Shown here piece by piece: positions 58,756-64,000 of a DNA stretch of 64,000 bases. How positions within the stretch are numbered: position 1 is the stretch's first letter; every line of letters begins with the position of its first letter. The notes under the pieces are model-generated. The model did not search any database. It was not told where the DNA came from and saw only the letters and a program-made list of their open reading frames with translations. The stretch lies in the NCBI GenBank assembly GCA_963793865.1, contig CAWCBP010000001.1:224001-288000 (forward strand), written 5' to 3'. Source of the stretch: an uncultured delta proteobacterium. GTDB lineage: Bacteria > Desulfobacterota > WTBG01. The position numbers and the translations under genes are program-made.

Positions 58756-60250
58756 ATGAATATGGGAAAATCAGGAAATCTTGCAGTAGCAGCAGCCCTT
58801 GCAGCCGTTTTAATGCTGTCCGGTTCAGCCCTAGCCCGGCAGTATTCGCTGGGAGGAAGACCGATTGATGTGTATGGGTATATAACCCAGGGTGCCGGAC
58901 TAAGCCTTCACGATGATTATTACGATACGGAAGAGGACATCAATTCTGCCATAACCAATATTTTCGGTGAAATGAATTACAGTGTGTCCGACAACTTCAA
59001 GGTCTACCTTTCAGGAATTCTTACCGTGGACTGGATCTATGAAATGAAGCACAGCGATAAATCGTGGAGGGATAGAGAATTCAACAAATCCCGCGATAAG
59101 CTGTTTGTCGAAGATGAATACTGGCAGCTGCTGAAAGAAGCGCATTTTACCTGGACACCGGAGGATTTTTTCTTCCGCGTGGGCAAGCAGATTGTTGCCT
59201 GGGGCGAGACCGACGGCTTCCGTCTCATGGATCAGATTAATCCCCTCGACCAGGCCCGGGGACTTGCCGATGTGGAGTTTGAGACCACCATCATCCCCAT
59301 CTGGCTGATCAGGGCGGAATACTTTCCTAATCTGCAGGTTTCCTGGCTGCAGGACATGGCCCTTCAGTTCATATTTAATCCCAATGCCGATTTCATCTCC
59401 GATCGCCGCATCCGGCTTGGTAATGACAAGGCGGGCATCTGGGCTCCGGACATAGAGGTAAGCAGAAATGCCCGTCTGGGATCTGCTATCGAGCATCTCG
59501 ATGAGCCGACCGAGTTTGACGATGAGGGATATGAATACGCGGTGAGACTTCAGGCGATGGCCTGGGACTCGCTTTTCTCACTCAACTATTTTTATGGCCG
59601 GGAAAATTCACCGGTGGAGGTTTCGGAAGGCCTGCCCGGAATGAGTGACGCCGAGTGATGGCAAAACACTCTTGCATCTGAACTACGACGGTTATTATCC
59701 CCTGCTGCGGTTTTTGGGCGGCACCTTTACCCGGGATATTCCCGTGATGAACGCCTCGTTTCTGGGCGGCGTTGCCCCGGTTCTTCGGCTGGAGACCTTT
59801 TATGCTTTTGACAACACCTTCGCCACCTCGGACAATAAATTTGAGCAATCGGACGAATGGCGCTGGGCGGTGGGGATGGATTGGAAGGTGCGGATAAAGC
59901 CCTTAAATGAGAAGTACTTCTTTTCCATATCACCGCAATTCTACCACCGCAAAATCCGGGATTATCCCCATGCCTATGACTATGCAGGCGTGGAGGATGA
60001 CAATTACATGGCGTCTTTGATGATCAGCACCTCCTATTACCTCAATAAAATCAGTCCTTCATTCTTCTGGCTGCGTGACGTCAACAACCGGGCCAACATG
60101 TTCAAATACCAGGTTATCTATGATCACACCGACTACTGGCGCTACACCATAGGGGCGCTGTTTTTCAACGGCATTGAAAAAACCAAGGGATTTGATGTAT
60201 TCGAGAACAAGGATTACATCTACTTCAAAATCAGCTACCGGTGGAGCTAG
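58756..60250 (+). CDS. DUF1302-family outer membrane beta-barrel; frameshift near 59650
   Basis: Signal peptide; RVGKQIVAWGETDGFRLMDQINPLD; C-terminal YFKISYRW; two ORFs in adjacent frames. Confidence 0.78.
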
Positions 60251-60297
60251 GATTCTTGAGCGATACATGCGTTTCACTGCAGAGAGGGAGAAAACAC

Positions 60298-61731
60298 ATG
60301 AAAGAAAATACTGTCCGGATTATCTGTTGTGCGGTTGCGCTGATCATGCTGAGCTTCATAACCCCTGCCGGTGCTGAAGAGCAATACGGCATTGATTACA
60401 GCACCTGGGAAAAATACAAATCCTTTTATGACGATCCCAGTCCTTATTTAACCGGGGAACTTTCCTGGAAGAAGGTGATACCCCCGGCGATTTATGACAA
60501 ACTTAAGAGCGATCCCGAAGAGATGAAGAAGGTGTGGGCTGAGGTGGTCGGGTTTAAGGCCCCCGATGTGGTGGGCAAAATCGCCCCGGAGATCAAACCC
60601 GGGAAATACAGTTATACCGACAAGGAAAAGCTGCCCTTCAAGCAGCTGATGGAAGAGGACACCTATAACCGGTTTAATCCCGGCCAGGGACCCCATGCGG
60701 GGAACATGCCTGAAATAGAGGTCATTCCCACCAAGCAGTACTACTATCCCCTGCCCATCGCCAAGGCAACCAAAGATAATGTGGGCAACGTGAAACAGGG
60801 CACTGACGGGTATCTGATTGATGATAGCTATGTTGCCGGCTTGCCCTTTCCCCGGCCCTCGGGAGAATTCAAGGCTCAGCAGGCGGTTTATAATTGGGAA
60901 AAGAAATATTTAGCCGGCGCAAGCTACCATTTGCTGCAGCGGGGAATGGGATTCAGCAAGGATTTAAAAGAGGACCGGGTCGGCACCTCCACCATGTGGT
61001 TTTTGCGGCTCCATGGCCGCGCATGGCTGGAGCCCAACGGCTGGTATGATGAACGTGCGCAGAAGGCGGGAGAGAAGAGGATGTTCTCGCTTCTTTATTT
61101 GGCCCCGCGCGACCAGTACGGTAACGTATTAACCAACACCATGTATCTGGATCCGGAACACTATGACAACTTTAATGTGTATGTCAATGTGTTGCGGCGG
61201 GTGCGGCGTCTGTCGGCCACCGACACCCAGGACGCAGTGGGGGGAATGGATGTCATCTATGATGACTCGGAGACCTTCTCCCAGAAATTGTCTCCCAAGC
61301 GGTATCCCTACCAGTACAAAATCGTTGCCGAGCGGGAGTATCTGGCGGTATCGCCCACGGTTGACGGCTCATGGTACATGAAAAAGAGCGACAAGTCGCT
61401 CCAGAACATGAAGTATGAGCGAAGGCCCCAGTATGTGATCGAATTGAATCAGCTCGACCCCAACTACGTGTACAGCAAGCGGATTATTTATCAGGATAAG
61501 GAGACGCTGCTCAACAGCTCGATTTACAACTACGATCAGAAGGGAAGACTGTACAGAAGCGCGGTTATGCTCTACGGCTTCAACCCTGAGCTCGGGATAA
61601 TATTCACCACCGGGTACTTCAACCGGGACCATCTCGACCTTCACACCAGTTTCTTTTACCACTATGCATTGCCGGCAACCTGGATAAGCCGTGACCAGGT
61701 GAGCCTGCGGAGTCTCCGTAGCGTAAAATAG
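60298..61731 (+). CDS. DUF1329-family periplasmic protein
   Basis: Signal peptide; GLPFP, P.D..G, RRVRRL, YSKR..Y.D.E, YDQKGRLYR. Confidence 0.82.
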   Translation: MKENTVRIICCAVALIMLSFITPAGAEEQYGIDYSTWEKYKSFYDDPSPYLTGELSWKKVIPPAIYDKLKSDPEEMKKVWAEVVGFKAPDVVGKIAPEIKPGKYSYTDKEKLPFKQLMEEDTYNRFNPGQGPHAGNMPEIEVIPTKQYYYPLPIAKATKDNVGNVKQGTDGYLIDDSYVAGLPFPRPSGEFKAQQAVYNWEKKYLAGASYHLLQRGMGFSKDLKEDRVGTSTMWFLRLHGRAWLEPNGWYDERAQKAGEKRMFSLLYLAPRDQYGNVLTNTMYLDPEHYDNFNVYVNVLRRVRRLSATDTQDAVGGMDVIYDDSETFSQKLSPKRYPYQYKIVAEREYLAVSPTVDGSWYMKKSDKSLQNMKYERRPQYVIELNQLDPNYVYSKRIIYQDKETLLNSSIYNYDQKGRLYRSAVMLYGFNPELGIIFTTGYFNRDHLDLHTSFFYHYALPATWISRDQVSLRSLRSVK

Positions 61732-61924
61732 CACTGTGGCATGGCTGGTTGTGCTATTCAGGAAAAGATTCATCGCATGCCAGGAAGCTCACCCCGTCAG
61801 GAAGTGGGCTTTCGGCATTTTAGAAGGCGTGCGCTTAATCAATCTCGGTGCGCGCGGTGAAGGAACGGCAGTTTGCGTAATGGCATGACCGTCTTCAGCG
61901 ATCATCATGCGGGGAGGGACGAAT

Positions 61925-62704
61925 ATGCTGCTTTCAGAAAGGGTTGCTATCGTTACGGGTGGCGCTCGGGGTATCGGGAAGGGGATAGCCCTCAGGTTTG
62001 CTGATGAAGGGTCCTCGGTCGTTATTGCGGACGTATTAACAAAAGAGGGAAAGGAAACTGCGGATGAGATGGTACGGAAGGGCGGACGGGCAATCTTTGT
62101 GGAATGTGACGTTTCAGACAGCGCCCGGGTCGGGGGCATGGTTGAACAGGTACTCAAGGCATTTAAGAAAATTGATATTCTGGTCAATAACGCCGGCATA
62201 GGGCCGCTTCCCCGCTCAATTGCCGCTATAACCGAAGAAGAATGGGACAGGGTTTTGGCGGTCAACCTCAAGGGCGTATTTTTGTGCTCCAGGGCGGTGC
62301 TTCCCTCGATGAGGCAGAACGGCTATGGCAGGATCATAAACATATCCTCCATGGCAGCCATTGCCCCGCCCGCGCCCAACTGTCATTACTCGGCCGCCAA
62401 GGCCGGCATCCTGGGTTTTACCCGTGACCTGGCTTTAGAGATGGCGCCTTTTAACATCTGCGTCAATGCCATTCTGCCCGGGGCAATTCGTACGGAGATG
62501 TTCAGCAGGATCATTCCCCCCGGCAGGGACCCGGAGGAATTTTTAGCCGAGATGGGGAAAGCGCTCTCACCCATGGGGCGGATGGGCACGCCTGATGATA
62601 TCGCCGGGGCGGCACTGTTCCTTGCTTCGGAGATGTCCGGCTATGTTACCGGCGACCGGCTCCTGGTGGGAGGAGGGTCACCGCTGATATCGCTCATCAA
62701 GTAG
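61925..62704 (+). CDS. Short-chain dehydrogenase/reductase
   Basis: TGGARGIG, NNAG, YSAAK, VNAILPG. Confidence 0.92.
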   Translation: MLLSERVAIVTGGARGIGKGIALRFADEGSSVVIADVLTKEGKETADEMVRKGGRAIFVECDVSDSARVGGMVEQVLKAFKKIDILVNNAGIGPLPRSIAAITEEEWDRVLAVNLKGVFLCSRAVLPSMRQNGYGRIINISSMAAIAPPAPNCHYSAAKAGILGFTRDLALEMAPFNICVNAILPGAIRTEMFSRIIPPGRDPEEFLAEMGKALSPMGRMGTPDDIAGAALFLASEMSGYVTGDRLLVGGGSPLISLIK

Positions 62705-62750
62705 CCTCAACACACGCAACCGGCATGATTCAATCTGAGGAGGGAGGAAG

Positions 62751-63629
62751 ATGACCAACCCCGGTGTTCCTGATTCGCGCTTCATCACCATCGACAATCT
62801 GAAGCTGCACTACCTTGAGTGGGGCGACCCCGGGAAGCCGGTGCTGCTCTTTTTACACGGTCTGAGCGGCTGCGCCTTTGACTGGGTGTACACCGCCGGC
62901 TTTCTTCAGGACACGTTCCGCTGTATCGCGCTTACCAACCGCGGCCACGGTGACAGCCAGTGGGCGGAGGTGAGCCGCTACACCTTTCAGGACTTTGCCG
63001 TTGAAATTGCCCTTTTCCTTGACGCGCTCGCCATTAAGGAGCTGTCGGTGCTGGGATCCTCCATGGGCGGGCTCAACGGCATCTACTACGCCGCAACCCA
63101 TCCCGAGCGGGTTAAAAAGCTGATTGTCTCGGATGTGCCGCCCGAATTTAACGCTGAGTGGATGTGCAGATGGCCGCTTATCCTGCAGGGGGTGAGGTCT
63201 CACTTCAGCTCCTTTGAGGAATTTTTTGAGCTGATGCGCATGACCCGTGACCCGCTGGCAACGGAAGAAAAGGTGCGCGGTTTCGCATCCTATGCCACCA
63301 GGACCCTTCCCGACGGCAGGATCGCCTGGAAGCACGATGTGGAGATGGAAAAGACATTCTACCGGGCATTCATCAGGGACAGCAGGTCGCTGCTGCAGGG
63401 AGGCGCGCCGGAGGTAAACTGGTGGTATTTCCTGTCGATGGTGCGATGCGAGACCCTGCTGCTGCGGGGAGGGGAGAGCACGCTGCTCGATCACGAAATG
63501 ATCCTGAAGATGACCGCCGCCATGCAGCGGGCTGAGATGAGAGAGGTTGAAGGATCGGATCACGTGCTCTTCTGGGACAAGCCCGAGGAGTTCAACGCCA
63601 TCGTCAAGGAGTTTCTGACCAGACATTAA
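62751..63629 (+). CDS. Alpha/beta hydrolase
   Basis: HG motif, RGHGDS, GSSMGG nucleophile elbow, C-terminal His (SDH). Confidence 0.9.
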   Translation: MTNPGVPDSRFITIDNLKLHYLEWGDPGKPVLLFLHGLSGCAFDWVYTAGFLQDTFRCIALTNRGHGDSQWAEVSRYTFQDFAVEIALFLDALAIKELSVLGSSMGGLNGIYYAATHPERVKKLIVSDVPPEFNAEWMCRWPLILQGVRSHFSSFEEFFELMRMTRDPLATEEKVRGFASYATRTLPDGRIAWKHDVEMEKTFYRAFIRDSRSLLQGGAPEVNWWYFLSMVRCETLLLRGGESTLLDHEMILKMTAAMQRAEMREVEGSDHVLFWDKPEEFNAIVKEFLTRH

Positions 63630-63633
63630 GATG

Positions 63634-63852
63634 CCCCCTCCCCTAACCCTCTCCCCGGAGGGTAGAGGGAACGTTTTTAGCCTTGATTGTACTTTAGAAG
63701 ATTTCTCGGATTCCCTCGAAATGACAATTGAGTGAATGGTGACACAGTCTCCGTGGGGAGAGGAAATCAAAAGTTTTGCTGCCGGTTTAACAGGATGGGA
63801 GAATCATTATATACTCCCTCGCCCCTTTGGGGAGAGGGATGGGGTGAGGGGT
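63634..63852. repeat. REP-like palindromes, CCCTCTCCCC/GGGAGAGGG family
   Basis: CCCCTCCCTAACCCTCTCCCCGGAGGGTAGAGGG and inverted CCCCTCGCCCCTTTGGGGAGAGGGATGGGGTGAGGGG. Confidence 0.6.
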
Positions 63853-63921
63853 ACATAAATTTATTGCCGTCAATTTGTTCAGGGCAGATGTCGTGAGCAA
63901 TCGTGAAGTAAGGAGGTAGAG

Positions 63922-64000
63922 ATGACTGAAAAAAGCATGTTTGATCTTTCCGGAAGGACGGCGCTGGTCACCGCCGGCGGACGCGGCCTGGGACGCGAGT
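63922..64000 (+). CDS. Short-chain dehydrogenase/reductase, N-terminal fragment (runs off window)
   Basis: RBS AAGGAGG; MTEKSMFDLSGRTALVTAGGRGLGRE. Confidence 0.8.
   Translation, partial: MTEKSMFDLSGRTALVTAGGRGLGRE

Overview
A 64-kb chromosomal segment from an anaerobic Gram-negative bacterium. lpxA, a selenocysteine formate dehydrogenase, iorAB-paaK and an aldehyde:ferredoxin oxidoreductase suggest Desulfobacterota ('Deltaproteobacteria'); the taxon is inferred from gene content. The left half has housekeeping and redox genes, a Sec-containing FdnGHI-FdhE operon preceded by a promoter/structured leader/terminator (candidate riboswitch), a four-gene signalling cluster with a Cache sensor, and several secreted proteins. 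The right third (42.6-64 kb) is a co-directional catabolic island. It encodes an acetophenone-carboxylase-like complex (two HydA-type ATPases, a small Cys-rich subunit, a HydB-type subunit and an embedded UROD-fold protein), a CoA ligase, a Zn alcohol dehydrogenase, a BbsAB-like thiolase pair, a YCF48/RND/DUF1302/DUF1329 envelope transport module, SDRs and a hydrolase. Other signals are a Val/Ile/Thr leader-peptide attenuator before a CMD/AhpD-family gene, a secreted CxxCH + putative flavinylation-motif + PNPOx protein, an apparent ATC start codon, several REP-like palindrome families, a MITE-like element and inverted heptamer arrays. At least seven genes carry indels that look like assembly errors. 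I saw no rRNA, tRNA, CRISPR array or transposase. All product calls come from motif recognition, not database searches.
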